A DNA stretch of 64,000 bases, taken from NCBI GenBank assembly GCA_023261845.1, contig JALNJZ010000003.1, positions 32,001-96,000 of the forward strand, given 5' to 3'. The notes below the pieces were generated by a model. That model ran no database searches. It worked only from the letters and a program-made list of their open reading frames with translations, and had not been told where the DNA came from. Positions 40,146 through 49,889 of the stretch are shown here, piece after piece. Made by a program: the position numbers and the translations under genes. Origin of the DNA: Candidatus Terraquivivens tengchongensis. Lineage in GTDB: Archaea > Thermoproteota > Nitrososphaeria_A > Caldarchaeales > Wolframiiraptoraceae. Each line of letters starts with the position of its first letter. The stretch's first letter is position 1.

Positions 40146-40331
40146 TCAGCGTTTCACCGCTCGCATTTTAGTGAATATGTTCGTCGATCTAATAACCCTT
40201 CTGCCATCCATATATAAATACGGCTATCGGAGTGCGCTGGAAGCAAGGCTTTACAGAATAGATAAAAATGGTTTTAAGTTTCCCTCAACACTCCATGCTT
40301 TAAACCTGCGGCATAAGAAGGTTGGCGTGGA

Positions 40332-40934
40332 TTGAATAAAACTTCAGAAATCTTAAGCGTTCCATGGATAAGGTCGTCCTTGATTTTGGGTGGAATGCTT
40401 GCGGCTGTAGGTGTAGCATTAATTTTGGTCTTCAAGCTTTTGAACCTTGGGAGCTCTCCCTTCTTCACGGATTTAAAAGCTCTTGTTATGAAGTATGGGC
40501 TTGCAGGCATATTCATAGTTACGATACTAGCTGGCACGATCGTACCCGTTGGAAGCCCGGCACTCGTCGTGGCAGCAGCATCTTTTGGTGTTCACCCGGT
40601 GCCCTTAACAATTGTAGCCACGACTGGTTTCACGGTGGGCATGATAATAAACTACGTGTTGGCTTACGGTCTTGGAAGACCTTTCGTGATAAAGAAGTTA
40701 GGGATGGAAAGGCTTGAAGAAATATCTGCGTTATGGAACCGATGGGGCTGGATCATATACGTGCTCTTCGGGATTATACCTGTGCTTCCAGTTGAGTTCT
40801 TGGCACTATTCTGCGGGTTGATCAAAGCGCAATTCGGTCGCTTCATTGTCCTGAGCTTCATTCCACGTTTAATAGTGTTCGCTTTTCTATCTTACTTCGG
40901 AACTCAACTTGGTTGGTGGCTCGAAATAATGTAA
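40332..40934 (+). CDS. DedA/VTT (SNARE-associated) membrane protein
   Basis: GMIINYVLAYGLG, RWG, IPVLP...GL. Confidence 0.85.
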   Translation: MNKTSEILSVPWIRSSLILGGMLAAVGVALILVFKLLNLGSSPFFTDLKALVMKYGLAGIFIVTILAGTIVPVGSPALVVAAASFGVHPVPLTIVATTGFTVGMIINYVLAYGLGRPFVIKKLGMERLEEISALWNRWGWIIYVLFGIIPVLPVEFLALFCGLIKAQFGRFIVLSFIPRLIVFAFLSYFGTQLGWWLEIM

Positions 40935-40955
40935 TAACTCTTTGACGAAATACTT

Positions 40956-41013
40956 AAAGATAAGCTTTTAAAGATAAGCTTTTACAGAAGAAAAGATAAA
41001 CTTTTACAGAAGA
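40956..41013. repeat. Tandem direct repeat: 3x AAAGATAARCTTTT (last two extended by ACAGAAGA)
   Basis: Copies at 40956, 40970 and 40992, upstream of the P-type ATPase. Confidence 0.75.
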
Positions 41014-41021
41014 AGTGAGGT

Positions 41022-43772
41022 GTGTTTTTCTTGTCACAAGAAAACGTTTGGCATGCATTGTCCATCAAAGAAGTATTTGAAAAATTAAAAACTAATGCTC
41101 ATGGATTAACGATAGCTGAGGCTGAGAAGAGGCTAAAAGAGTATGGGCCGAATGAGTTCGAAGAAGAAAGAAAAATAACAAAACTAGCTTTGCTAATCCA
41201 TCAGTTAAAGAATCCATTAGTTGGAGTACTTCTTGCAGCCATGTTAATTTCTTTAGTAGTGGGCAAGACAATCGACGCTACGGTTATTGTTATCGTAATA
41301 ACAATTAACACATTAGTCGGCTTCATTCAGGAATATAAGGCCGAAGCTGCCCTTCGTGCTATAAAGTCCTTGGCAGCACCGGAAGCTGAAGTTCTTCGAT
41401 ACTATCCAGAAAAAGGTGTCAGTATCGAAATGCGAGTTAAGGCAAGGGAGATCGTTCCTGGGGATGTGATCCTCTTGGAGGCCGGTGACAAAGTTCCGGC
41501 CGATGCACGCATTTTTGAAGCAATAAACCTAGAAATAGATGAGTCAATACTAACCGGCGAATCCATCCCTGTTAGAAAAACCACTGAACCTTTGGATGCC
41601 GATTTGATCGTTGCCGATAGGCGGAATATGGCTTTCTCAGGAACAATCGTTACGCAGGGTCGGGGAAAGGCCGTTGTCGTAGCAACTGGTATGAAAACTG
41701 AGATGGGCAAAATAGCTTCCATTATCAAAAAAACAGAAAAGGTTGTAACCCCAATTCAAAAACGAACTGCCGATTTAGGTAAAAAACTTGGTTTACTCGC
41801 TATTTTGGCGAGCGCTATAGTGTTGGTAATAAGCCTCCTACGGGGTTTTGAATTTTTTGAGGGTTTTCTGTTTGTTTTAGCAATGGCTGTTTCAGCCATA
41901 CCCGAGGGCCTTCCAATAGTCATTACTATTGCTTTGGCGATTGGGGTGCACAGAATGGCTAAAAGAAACGCCATAATCAGAAACTTGCAAGCGATTGATA
42001 CTTTAGGTTCCGCCACCGTAATCTGCACGGACAAAACGGGCACCCTAACGACTAACCAGATGACCGTCAAAAAAATATTTGTTAATAACAAAATGGTTAC
42101 CGTTGGAGGGGTTGGCTTTACTCCTGAAGGCAACTTTGAATTAAATGGAAAGGTTATAAATGTAAAAGAGGACGATACGCTTGGTCTATTGCTTCAAGTG
42201 GGCGCCCTTTGTAATAACGCAAGGCTTAGAGAACACAAGCTTAATGGTATGAGCAGATGGGAAATTTACGGAGATCCAACCGAAGGTTCTATAATTGTTG
42301 CTGCGGCAAAAGCTGGCCTTTATAAAGACGAATTAGATGAAAAATATCCACGTGTTGACGAAATTCCATTTGACCCGGAAAAAAGGTACATGGTCACATT
42401 TCATAAGACTGCAGAAGAAACTTTACTAGTTTGCATGAAAGGAGCACCAGAAACAGTTTTGGAACTTTGTCCAAGTTTTCTAGAGGAAGGTCAAATAAAG
42501 AATTTAACCAAGGAAAAAAGGGAGCAAATTCTCAAAGTTAACACTGAAATGGCTAAAGAGGCTTTAAGGGTTCTGGCGGTAGCATACCAAATAATAAAGG
42601 AGGATAACCTAGAGGCTTTTAAAGAAAGCATCATGCATAAACACGCCAAGTTGGTTTTTATTGGCCTCTTGGGCATGATTGACCCTCCGAGACCTGAGGC
42701 AAAAAAAGCAGTGGAACTTTGTAAAAAAGCTGGAATAAAAGTTATCATGGCAACAGGAGATCATAAGCTCACTGCAGAAGCCATCGCGAAAGAAATCGGA
42801 ATTCTAGAGTCAGATTCTGGAGTTTTAACTGGAGCGGAGATGGACCATATGAGCGACGAGGAATTGGATAAAGTAATAGAAAAAACTTCGGTTTTTGCCC
42901 GCGTGTCTCCTGTTCATAAGTACAGAATAGTCGAATCTCTTAGGCGTAAGGGTCACATAGTAGCCATGACGGGCGATGGTGTAAACGATGCTCCAGCTCT
43001 AAAGACAGCAGAAATAGGAATCGCCATGGGTATTGCTGGCACCGATCTCGCAAAAGAAACCGCTGATATGGTGTTGGTGGACGATAATTTCGCGAGTATT
43101 GTAAACGCTGTTGAAGAAGGACGAGTCGTTTTTGAGAACATTCGTAGGGTTGTAAAATACTTGATTTCTACAAATATGGGTGAAATAATCACGATAATTG
43201 GTGCTTTACTCTTCTTACCGGACGCTCCATTAATTTTTACTCCGGTTCAAATATTATGGGTAAACTTGGTAACCGACGGATTACATGACAAATTTCTGGC
43301 AATGGAACCTAAGGAAAGAGACGTTATGGCACGACCACCGAGAAAACCAACTGAAAGAATAATTAACCGTGATGTTGTCCTAAACATAATGTATGTGGGC
43401 TTATTTATGGCCGTTGGAACTCTATGGGTTTTCAACAATGCATGGATTAACGGGGATCTGCAGAAAGCACGAACAATGGGCTTCACAACTATGGCAATGT
43501 TTCAAGTTTTCAACGCAATGAATTGTAGATCAGCAACAACATCTATATTTAAGATTGGCTTTACAACAAACAAGTATTTGTTAATGGGCACGATGACGTC
43601 TGTTACGCTACAAATACTGGCGACTCTCTTATATCCGCTGCAAATTGCTTTAGGCACAGTTCCCCTATCGCCTTGGGAATGGATAACAATCTTCCTCGTC
43701 TCCAGTTCAGTATTCTTTGTAGAGGAACTAAGAAAATTTGTTATGAATAAAATAAGGCGAAGACGATTATAA
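41022..43772 (+). CDS. P-type IIA cation (probably Ca2+) transporting ATPase
   Basis: TGES, IPEGL, DKTGT, KGAPE, GDGVND, QILWVNLVTD. Confidence 0.95.
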   Translation: MFFLSQENVWHALSIKEVFEKLKTNAHGLTIAEAEKRLKEYGPNEFEEERKITKLALLIHQLKNPLVGVLLAAMLISLVVGKTIDATVIVIVITINTLVGFIQEYKAEAALRAIKSLAAPEAEVLRYYPEKGVSIEMRVKAREIVPGDVILLEAGDKVPADARIFEAINLEIDESILTGESIPVRKTTEPLDADLIVADRRNMAFSGTIVTQGRGKAVVVATGMKTEMGKIASIIKKTEKVVTPIQKRTADLGKKLGLLAILASAIVLVISLLRGFEFFEGFLFVLAMAVSAIPEGLPIVITIALAIGVHRMAKRNAIIRNLQAIDTLGSATVICTDKTGTLTTNQMTVKKIFVNNKMVTVGGVGFTPEGNFELNGKVINVKEDDTLGLLLQVGALCNNARLREHKLNGMSRWEIYGDPTEGSIIVAAAKAGLYKDELDEKYPRVDEIPFDPEKRYMVTFHKTAEETLLVCMKGAPETVLELCPSFLEEGQIKNLTKEKREQILKVNTEMAKEALRVLAVAYQIIKEDNLEAFKESIMHKHAKLVFIGLLGMIDPPRPEAKKAVELCKKAGIKVIMATGDHKLTAEAIAKEIGILESDSGVLTGAEMDHMSDEELDKVIEKTSVFARVSPVHKYRIVESLRRKGHIVAMTGDGVNDAPALKTAEIGIAMGIAGTDLAKETADMVLVDDNFASIVNAVEEGRVVFENIRRVVKYLISTNMGEIITIIGALLFLPDAPLIFTPVQILWVNLVTDGLHDKFLAMEPKERDVMARPPRKPTERIINRDVVLNIMYVGLFMAVGTLWVFNNAWINGDLQKARTMGFTTMAMFQVFNAMNCRSATTSIFKIGFTTNKYLLMGTMTSVTLQILATLLYPLQIALGTVPLSPWEWITIFLVSSSVFFVEELRKFVMNKIRRRRL

Positions 43773-43880
43773 AACCAAGATACAAAATCGAAAATGGATG
43801 TTACATCAAACTATCAGCGGATACGAATTACCTGAATGCACGTCAATTAGGAAAGTTTTCATATAATGTAGAAAATTAAG

Positions 43881-43972
43881 TGGACCGGCGGGGATTCGAA
43901 CCCCGGACCTCGCGCAGTCTAGCCAAAAGCCGAGGTCGCCAGGCGCGCGATCTTCCGCTGATCTACCGGCCC
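43881..43972 (-). tRNA. tRNA-Ala(GGC) with a 20-nt canonical 37/38 intron (43917-43936)
   Basis: GGGCCGG acceptor stem, CTGGCG|intron|T; BHB helix CUGG/CUAG. Confidence 0.95.
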
Positions 43973-44013
43973 CGGTTTTAGATAGATTCGTTAGCAGCGT
44001 TTAAAGCTTTTCT

Positions 44014-44190
44014 TTAAGTTTTCATTTTTAATGGCTTTAACCACCTGTAAGATCTCAGCTTCTTTGAAGCACCAAAGCCGCACGCAGCGCACCGTTTCTT
44101 AGAAACATGGAATGACCTGCGCCCGCATCTCCTGCAACGTATGTGCACCGGCTTATTTCGCTTTCCTAAGGAGGGTGTACCCTTCACCAT
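44014..44190 (-). CDS. rpl37e: 50S ribosomal protein eL37 (not in the ORF track)
   Basis: [40 protein letters not shown]. Confidence 0.97.
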   Translation of the reverse strand: MVKGTPSLGKRNKPVHIRCRRCGRRSFHVSKKRCAACGFGASKKLRSYRWLKPLKMKT

Positions 44191-44236
44191 ACATGCTCAA
44201 CCAGACCGTCAAAATCCTTCTAATAAGCTTATCATG

Positions 44237-44470
44237 CTACTCCTTGGGGCTGGTGCTTATCATTATTATGTTATCCCCTCTTACAACTATAGTCCCGATC
44301 TGATTACTGTTGTTCTGATCTATGACTTCCTCGGCATTTTCTAGGACTAGGTTTAGATGCTGATCATAACCCTGAAGGAGACCTCTGATCAGCTTACCAT
44401 TCCTGAGCTTTACGAGAACTTTTTCACCCAGGCTTTTGGAAAGAACCTTTAGCGATATGTCACCGGACAT
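44237..44470 (-). CDS. Sm-like archaeal protein (SmAP/Lsm)
   Basis: GYDQHLNLVL, VRGDNI; adjacent to L37e. Confidence 0.95.
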   Translation of the reverse strand: MSGDISLKVLSKSLGEKVLVKLRNGKLIRGLLQGYDQHLNLVLENAEEVIDQNNSNQIGTIVVRGDNIIMISTSPKE

Positions 44471-44546
44471 GTCTCACGCAACCTCTTGCCTCTGCCCCTC
44501 TGGTATTTCTTTTAATAATTAAATCTATCGTTCAAACAACGATTAT

Positions 44547-46448
44547 TTATCCAAAAAGCGATATGGTTTCAAGGTTCTTTGGCATGTATATGTTTGCCGT
44601 AACGATCTTCGAAGCAGACTCTGCTAGGCTCTCAATAGCCTTGGCCTCACCATGTAATAAGATTACGTTCTTCGGCTTCGGTGTGAACTTCTTCAGATAG
44701 TTCAATAGTTGTTGTCTACTGGAGTGTCCCGAGAATCCATCTACTTTTTCTATACGCAACTTAATGTTTAAGACTTCGGTCTTACCCTTCTCGTCTATAA
44801 ACGACACTTCTCTTATGCCTTTAAGCAACTTTCTGCCCAGTGTTCCCTCTACTTGGTAGCTGACGAATATCAACATGTTCTTTTCATCGTTTGCAAACTC
44901 CTTCAAATAATTCAGTACCGGTCCGCCTTCTAACATTCCTGACGTGGAAATCACGATGGCAGGTCCTTTAGCATTTAGTGCCTCATCTCTTTGCGAATGA
45001 CTCCTTACTGGCGTGAAGTAGTCTGACATGAACACATTCCCTTGAGATTCTATAACGTTCTGCAATTCTTGGGAAACGTATTCGGGAAAGGCTGTATATA
45101 TTGCGGTTGCCTCTATGACGAGACCGTCTAAGTAAATGGGCACCTCTGGTATGTTCTTTGAATTTAGAAGGTCGTTGAGGACGAGCATTATCTCTTGAGC
45201 CCTACCGACAGCTGGTACGGGTATGAGCACCTTCCCGCCCGACTCTACCGTCTGCTTTATGTAATCGGCTAGCAATGCCTCGCTTTCTTCTCTGGTAAAC
45301 GGTATTGGTGTCGCACCATAAGTGCTCTCCATCATCAGAGTCTCTGCCCTTAAGAATTTGTGCGCACATGCATCCAGCGTCCTAGTCTTCTCAAACTTGA
45401 AGTCGCTAGTGTAAACGACGTTGTATAACCCCTCACCTATGTGTATATGAACGACTGAAGAGCCAAGGATGTGTCCTGCGTTGTACATAGTTACCCTTAT
45501 GTCAGGCGTTATGCTTGTAACGCTACCATACTTAAGGGTTATAGTATGCTGTACTGCAGTTTTTACGTCATTCTCATTATATAATGGAAATATCCCCTCT
45601 TTTTCTGCGACATTAATGAAGTCTAGCTGTTCCATCGTCATAAGGGGTAACGTCGGCTCAGTACAGTAAACAGGCCCCCTGTAACCGTACTTAAACAGAT
45701 ATGGTATGGCGCCGGTGTGGTCGAGATGCGCATGCGTTGCTATCACCGCATCGAGCTCATCAAAGATTGAAGGATAAGCATCAAACCTGGGTAGCATATC
45801 GAGCTTGCTCGTAGCGCCGACGGCAATACCGCAATCTAGCAATATCTTGCTTTCATTGGTCTGGAGCAATATGGCGGACCTACCAACTTGCCTTCCGGAG
45901 CCAAGTACGCTGAGTATTACATCACTCGTTTCGAAAGTTTTTGACCCGAATACTCTTTCACCTATCGCCCGTAATATGCTGAGCCTTTTATCCGAATCTT
46001 TGTAAAGGTATTGGTTAATCTTCTCGATAGTCTTTGAGGGCATTAGCATTTTCTTTACTAACTTTACATGCCATCCTGTAGCCTTGCAAACATTCTTGAT
46101 AACCTCCCCGTTTTTGTTGGCGTTGAAATCCTTAACCTCAACTATAGCCTCACCCAACGTCTCATCAAAGAACACAGTGACATCTTCGCCGAACGTTGAC
46201 TTGAGCACGCTTTCCGCCTCTTCTTGGGGTAACCTTATCGCTGGGTCGGACCTTATGACCACGCGTTTCTTAAGTATGTTCACGAGGTCTTTTGCGATCT
46301 GATCCCTTTCCACGAACAACTCAGGATTCTTAGTATATATAGCGAGCCTTGTACCTTCGTACTCGATTCTTGTAATAGCAGCCTCTCTAGGGCTAACTAC
46401 AGAGAAGTACCTTAATATCTCAGCTCTGAGCCTATCCGCTGCACTCAA
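44547..46448 (-). CDS. fttA: beta-CASP ribonuclease aCPSF1/FttA
   Basis: KH domains, HAHLDH, NAGHILGS, GFSGH. Confidence 0.95.
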   Translation of the reverse strand: MSAADRLRAEILRYFSVVSPREAAITRIEYEGTRLAIYTKNPELFVERDQIAKDLVNILKKRVVIRSDPAIRLPQEEAESVLKSTFGEDVTVFFDETLGEAIVEVKDFNANKNGEVIKNVCKATGWHVKLVKKMLMPSKTIEKINQYLYKDSDKRLSILRAIGERVFGSKTFETSDVILSVLGSGRQVGRSAILLQTNESKILLDCGIAVGATSKLDMLPRFDAYPSIFDELDAVIATHAHLDHTGAIPYLFKYGYRGPVYCTEPTLPLMTMEQLDFINVAEKEGIFPLYNENDVKTAVQHTITLKYGSVTSITPDIRVTMYNAGHILGSSVVHIHIGEGLYNVVYTSDFKFEKTRTLDACAHKFLRAETLMMESTYGATPIPFTREESEALLADYIKQTVESGGKVLIPVPAVGRAQEIMLVLNDLLNSKNIPEVPIYLDGLVIEATAIYTAFPEYVSQELQNVIESQGNVFMSDYFTPVRSHSQRDEALNAKGPAIVISTSGMLEGGPVLNYLKEFANDEKNMLIFVSYQVEGTLGRKLLKGIREVSFIDEKGKTEVLNIKLRIEKVDGFSGHSSRQQLLNYLKKFTPKPKNVILLHGEAKAIESLAESASKIVTANIYMPKNLETISLFG

Positions 46449-46469
46449 CCTATTACACCCTGAGCTATC

Positions 46470-47150
46470 CTACTTAACGCTAATCTTCAGAAACTCCTCA
46501 TAAAGCGGCATCTTCTCATCTAACGTTAACTCAGTATATGGCTTGGTAGTGGTAATGTATGCAACGTCAATGCTATCTCCCGTACCTACATCTCTTCTGA
46601 TGGCCGACGCGACGCTCTTAAAGGCTAGCCTAATCCCATCCTCAAGCTTTAGGTCTGGACTGTAGCTTGACTCGATTATTCCATATGCAACAGGTGAGCC
46701 CGAACCTGTTGCGATCATTAACTCCTCGGTCATAGAGCCCATCGGGTCTAGGTTATACAGATGCGGCCCTTGACTATCCACACCGCCTATTATTAACTGC
46801 GCTATTAACGGAAAGTATCTATAGCTGAAGAGCATGTTCGAGGCAAGCCTAGCTACAGACGCGACATCCATACGCCTCGCCCATTGGATTTGATAGTAGT
46901 TAATGTTAGCGCGGAGTACGTCTATAATGTTCTGCGCATCGGCAACTCTACCCGCGATCGTTATCGCCACATGATCGGCTAGCGGAAAGAGCTTCTTTCC
47001 TTTTTTATGGGCTATGAAATATCCTGCCGTAACCCTGGTGTCCGTAGCAAACACCACGGCATCCTTTACAACTAGACCTACCGTCGTGGTCCCCGTCTTT
47101 AAGAGTTTGCTCCCATTTACCTCATGCCTAAACATCGTCTTTGACACCAA
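46470..47150 (-). CDS. psmB: Proteasome beta subunit
   Basis: KTG/TTTVG processing site, ATGSGS. Confidence 0.97.
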   Translation of the reverse strand: MVSKTMFRHEVNGSKLLKTGTTTVGLVVKDAVVFATDTRVTAGYFIAHKKGKKLFPLADHVAITIAGRVADAQNIIDVLRANINYYQIQWARRMDVASVARLASNMLFSYRYFPLIAQLIIGGVDSQGPHLYNLDPMGSMTEELMIATGSGSPVAYGIIESSYSPDLKLEDGIRLAFKSVASAIRRDVGTGDSIDVAYITTTKPYTELTLDEKMPLYEEFLKISVK

Positions 47151-47271
47151 CTAATGCTCCAATAACTTATTCACGGCTTTGTGCAGAAGCCATAAAGTTC
47201 ATAATTCTGCCAAAATAAAAATGTTTGCACGTTAACACTTTAATAAAAGCCATTAAGCAAAAAGTTGAGAA

Positions 47272-48036
47272 ATGTCCTCGGAAGATTTAGAAACTCCTAA
47301 GGAAAAAGGAAGCACCGGCGAGAAGCAGGCATCGGAGGCCCCTAAACCTGTTCTATCTTCAGGTAGCTTCCTCTTAGTAGACTACATGATAAGAATCAAA
47401 GAAACCGGTGAACTTGTTGACACAACCTCGGAGAAGGAAGCGAGAGAGGCAGGTATCTATGATGCTTCAAAGCTTTACGAACCCAGGTTGGCGATAATCG
47501 GTAAGGGCATGTTACTCAAAGCAATCGAGGACGAATTAGTCACAATGTCTGTTGGCGAGTCAAAGACGTTTGAAATCTCACCAGAAAAGGCCTTTGGCCA
47601 GAGGGACCCAACAAAGGTTAAGGTTTACCCTATCAGGAAGTTCAAAGACGTCGAGGCACCGCTGGTCGTAGGTGCTAGGGTTAACATCAATGGAAAAGAG
47701 GGCATAATACGTTCTATAGGTTCTGGAAGAGTCCAGGTGGATTTCAATCCGTATCTTGCTGGCAAGACACTCGTCTGTAACGTTACCATAAAGAAGATCA
47801 TAACTGACGACAAGGAAAAGGTCCAGCAGATATTGCATAACAGGCTACCGGATGTAGATATTCAAAAATTTACTATTGAGCTTGCACCTCCGGAGGTGGT
47901 CATTACCCTGCCAGAGGAAGCATATCTTCTGCCAAACCTGCAGATAGCCAAGAGACTCATAGCTAAAGAAATTCAGGAGAACATCCAAGGTATAGAAAGG
48001 GTAAAGGTTATCGAGCTTTACACGAAGCAGACATAA
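47272..48036 (+). CDS. FKBP-type peptidyl-prolyl isomerase (long archaeal SlyD type)
   Basis: DTT, PEKAFG.R, VDFNPYLAGKTL. Confidence 0.92.
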   Translation: MSSEDLETPKEKGSTGEKQASEAPKPVLSSGSFLLVDYMIRIKETGELVDTTSEKEAREAGIYDASKLYEPRLAIIGKGMLLKAIEDELVTMSVGESKTFEISPEKAFGQRDPTKVKVYPIRKFKDVEAPLVVGARVNINGKEGIIRSIGSGRVQVDFNPYLAGKTLVCNVTIKKIITDDKEKVQQILHNRLPDVDIQKFTIELAPPEVVITLPEEAYLLPNLQIAKRLIAKEIQENIQGIERVKVIELYTKQT

Positions 48037-48086
48037 TACTGTAAGTTAAATCTTATAATTCGTTACTGAGTTACTGTAGTGTGCTG

Positions 48087-48170
48087 GCCGGGGTACCCGA
48101 GCCTGGTCAAGGGGGTGGGCTCAAGACCCACTGGCGTAGGCCATCCTGGGTTCGAATCCCAGCCCCGGCA
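48087..48170 (+). tRNA. tRNA-Leu(CAA)
   Basis: GCCGGGG acceptor, CTCAAGA loop, long variable arm. Confidence 0.95.
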
Positions 48171-48305
48171 CTCTTATGTCTTTCATTAACAGTCAGAAGT
48201 CAACGCACTGTGGTGCGGATACATCAAAAAGGATAGCAGTAGGCATATGTGCGACAATCGAGAAGAAACCATGATTCACTGCACAAAACAGTATGATTAT
48301 ATTTA

Positions 48306-48319
48306 AATATAGCTATATT
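48306..48319. promoter_or_regulatory. Palindrome AATATAGCTATATT overlapping the acr3 TATA box
   Basis: Perfect 14-bp palindrome next to TATTTAAA. Confidence 0.4.
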
Positions 48320-48370
48320 CGCCTCTCTTGTTAAAATTACGAACACAAAGCTAGTTTGGTGAGGAATAAT

Positions 48371-49438
48371 ATGACTGGACAAAAAGCCGGCCTACCGATC
48401 TTGAGCAAGTTTCTAACGCTTTGGATCTTCTTGGCAATGATAATCGGCATAGGCTTGGGCTATGTCTTCCCAGATATTGCTGATGTGCTGGGTCAGCTAA
48501 GCATAGGCACGACCTCCATCCCTATAGCGATAGGTCTAATCTGGATGATGTACCCGCCTCTTGCCAAGGTAAGGTATGAGGAACTTAGGAAGATAGTCAC
48601 AGCCAAGGGTTCGAAGACTATGCTTACAGAGTCGCTTATACTCAACTATCTGGTAGGCCCGTTTCTTATGTTCGTCCTTGCATGGATATTCCTCGCAGAT
48701 TACCCTGAATTCAGAAACGGCGTAATCCTAGTAGGCTTAGCAAGATGTATAGCGATGGTTATCGTCTGGAACGACCTTGCTGATGGTGACAGGGAGTGGG
48801 CTGCCATACTCGTCGCCCTGAACTCGGTCTTCCAGATTTCGTTCTATTCCGTATATGCCTACTTCTACATTACCTTCGTAAGTTCTTGGATTGCCGGTAC
48901 CGGCACGGTAGTTGATATATCCTTTATAGAGGTTGCCACATCGGTCCTCATATACCTCGGCATACCGTTCTTTGGCGGAATGATTACGCGCTTTTATTTC
49001 CTTAAAAAGAAGGGAAGGGAATGGTACGATAGAGTTCTCATACCGAAACTCGAGCCAACATCCCTCTTTGCCCTGCTGTTCACCATAGTTGTGATGTTCT
49101 CCTTAAAAGGCGAATACATAATCACGCTTCCGATGGATGTCGTAAGGGTAGCAATGCCGTTGCTTTCTTACTTCGTTATAATGTTCCTCGTATCCTTTCT
49201 GGTTGGCTACAAATCTGGTCTTGATTACAGCAGGGTCACTTCACTGGCTTTTACGGCCGCAAGCAACAACTTTGAGCTCGCGATAGCCGTGGCTGTGTCC
49301 GTTTTTGGCTTAGCCTCAAAGGAAGCCTTTGCTACAGTGATCGGCCCCTTAATAGAGGTTCCAGTGATGATCTCTTTGGTAAACGTGGCACTCTGGTTTA
49401 GAAAGCGCCTTTACGAAAAAATAAAAGCAGTCGTATAA
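48371..49438 (+). CDS. acr3: ACR3 family arsenite efflux transporter
   Basis: [29 protein letters not shown]. Confidence 0.95.
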   Translation: MTGQKAGLPILSKFLTLWIFLAMIIGIGLGYVFPDIADVLGQLSIGTTSIPIAIGLIWMMYPPLAKVRYEELRKIVTAKGSKTMLTESLILNYLVGPFLMFVLAWIFLADYPEFRNGVILVGLARCIAMVIVWNDLADGDREWAAILVALNSVFQISFYSVYAYFYITFVSSWIAGTGTVVDISFIEVATSVLIYLGIPFFGGMITRFYFLKKKGREWYDRVLIPKLEPTSLFALLFTIVVMFSLKGEYIITLPMDVVRVAMPLLSYFVIMFLVSFLVGYKSGLDYSRVTSLAFTAASNNFELAIAVAVSVFGLASKEAFATVIGPLIEVPVMISLVNVALWFRKRLYEKIKAVV

Positions 49439-49623
49439 ATCCACAAAATTCAAAAACTTGTTTGGTAAGGAGTGCTAAATGTAACATAGCGTTTCGCCGT
49501 GCGCTCTGGCTAATTTGGAATCCAGATTGAAGTTTAGGATTTTCTTGAAGGTTAGCTTTGTACAAATTTCCAAAAGCTTCCCCATCATTAGAATTGTAAA
49601 GTGACGTTTTTACTATTTTAGAG

Positions 49624-49637
49624 TGAAATGTATAAAT
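49624..49637 (+). promoter_or_regulatory. BRE/TATA promoter for the structured RNA
   Basis: TGAAATG-TATAAAT ending ~23 nt before the RNA 5' end. Confidence 0.6.
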
Positions 49638-49660
49638 CAGTGTAAGTATTGTGTTAATTT

Positions 49661-49867
49661 GCGTCGTCCGGAAAAGGAGAGGCTGGCGCTAAGCAACACC
49701 TGGGGGAAGCCTCAGGTGTTGTATGCGTCGACCCATGCCCAGCGCTCCGGGGCTGCTTTGGCAGTACCTCCAAGCTGGGTATGGGTGGGAGGTGCCCGTA
49801 GGGCATCAGGGGTTAATCCATGGAGGGTGCCCTAGCAGGGAGGCCCGCCATCTCCGAAAGACGACGC
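49661..49867 (+). ncRNA. Unidentified highly structured non-coding RNA (~207 nt)
   Basis: 132/207 G+C in AT-rich flanks; terminal helix, two 13-bp helices with G-U pairs and further hairpins; upstream TATA. Confidence 0.75.
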
Positions 49868-49889
49868 AATTATAATTAATTCTTGTCAT

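Noticed and set aside
40956-41013. CRISPR-like repeat
   Set aside because: Repeats are adjacent with no unique spacers and no cas genes are present
49623-49835. 70-aa ORF over the GC-rich island
   Set aside because: It starts inside the promoter, has no protein-like features, and the sequence is explained by base pairing
49661-49867. Identification as SRP RNA or RNase P RNA
   Set aside because: No SRP helix-8 (CCAGG..GGAA..AGCA) motif and too short for 7S RNA; no GAGGAA..UCC or ACAGAA...GCUUA P4 strands on either strand
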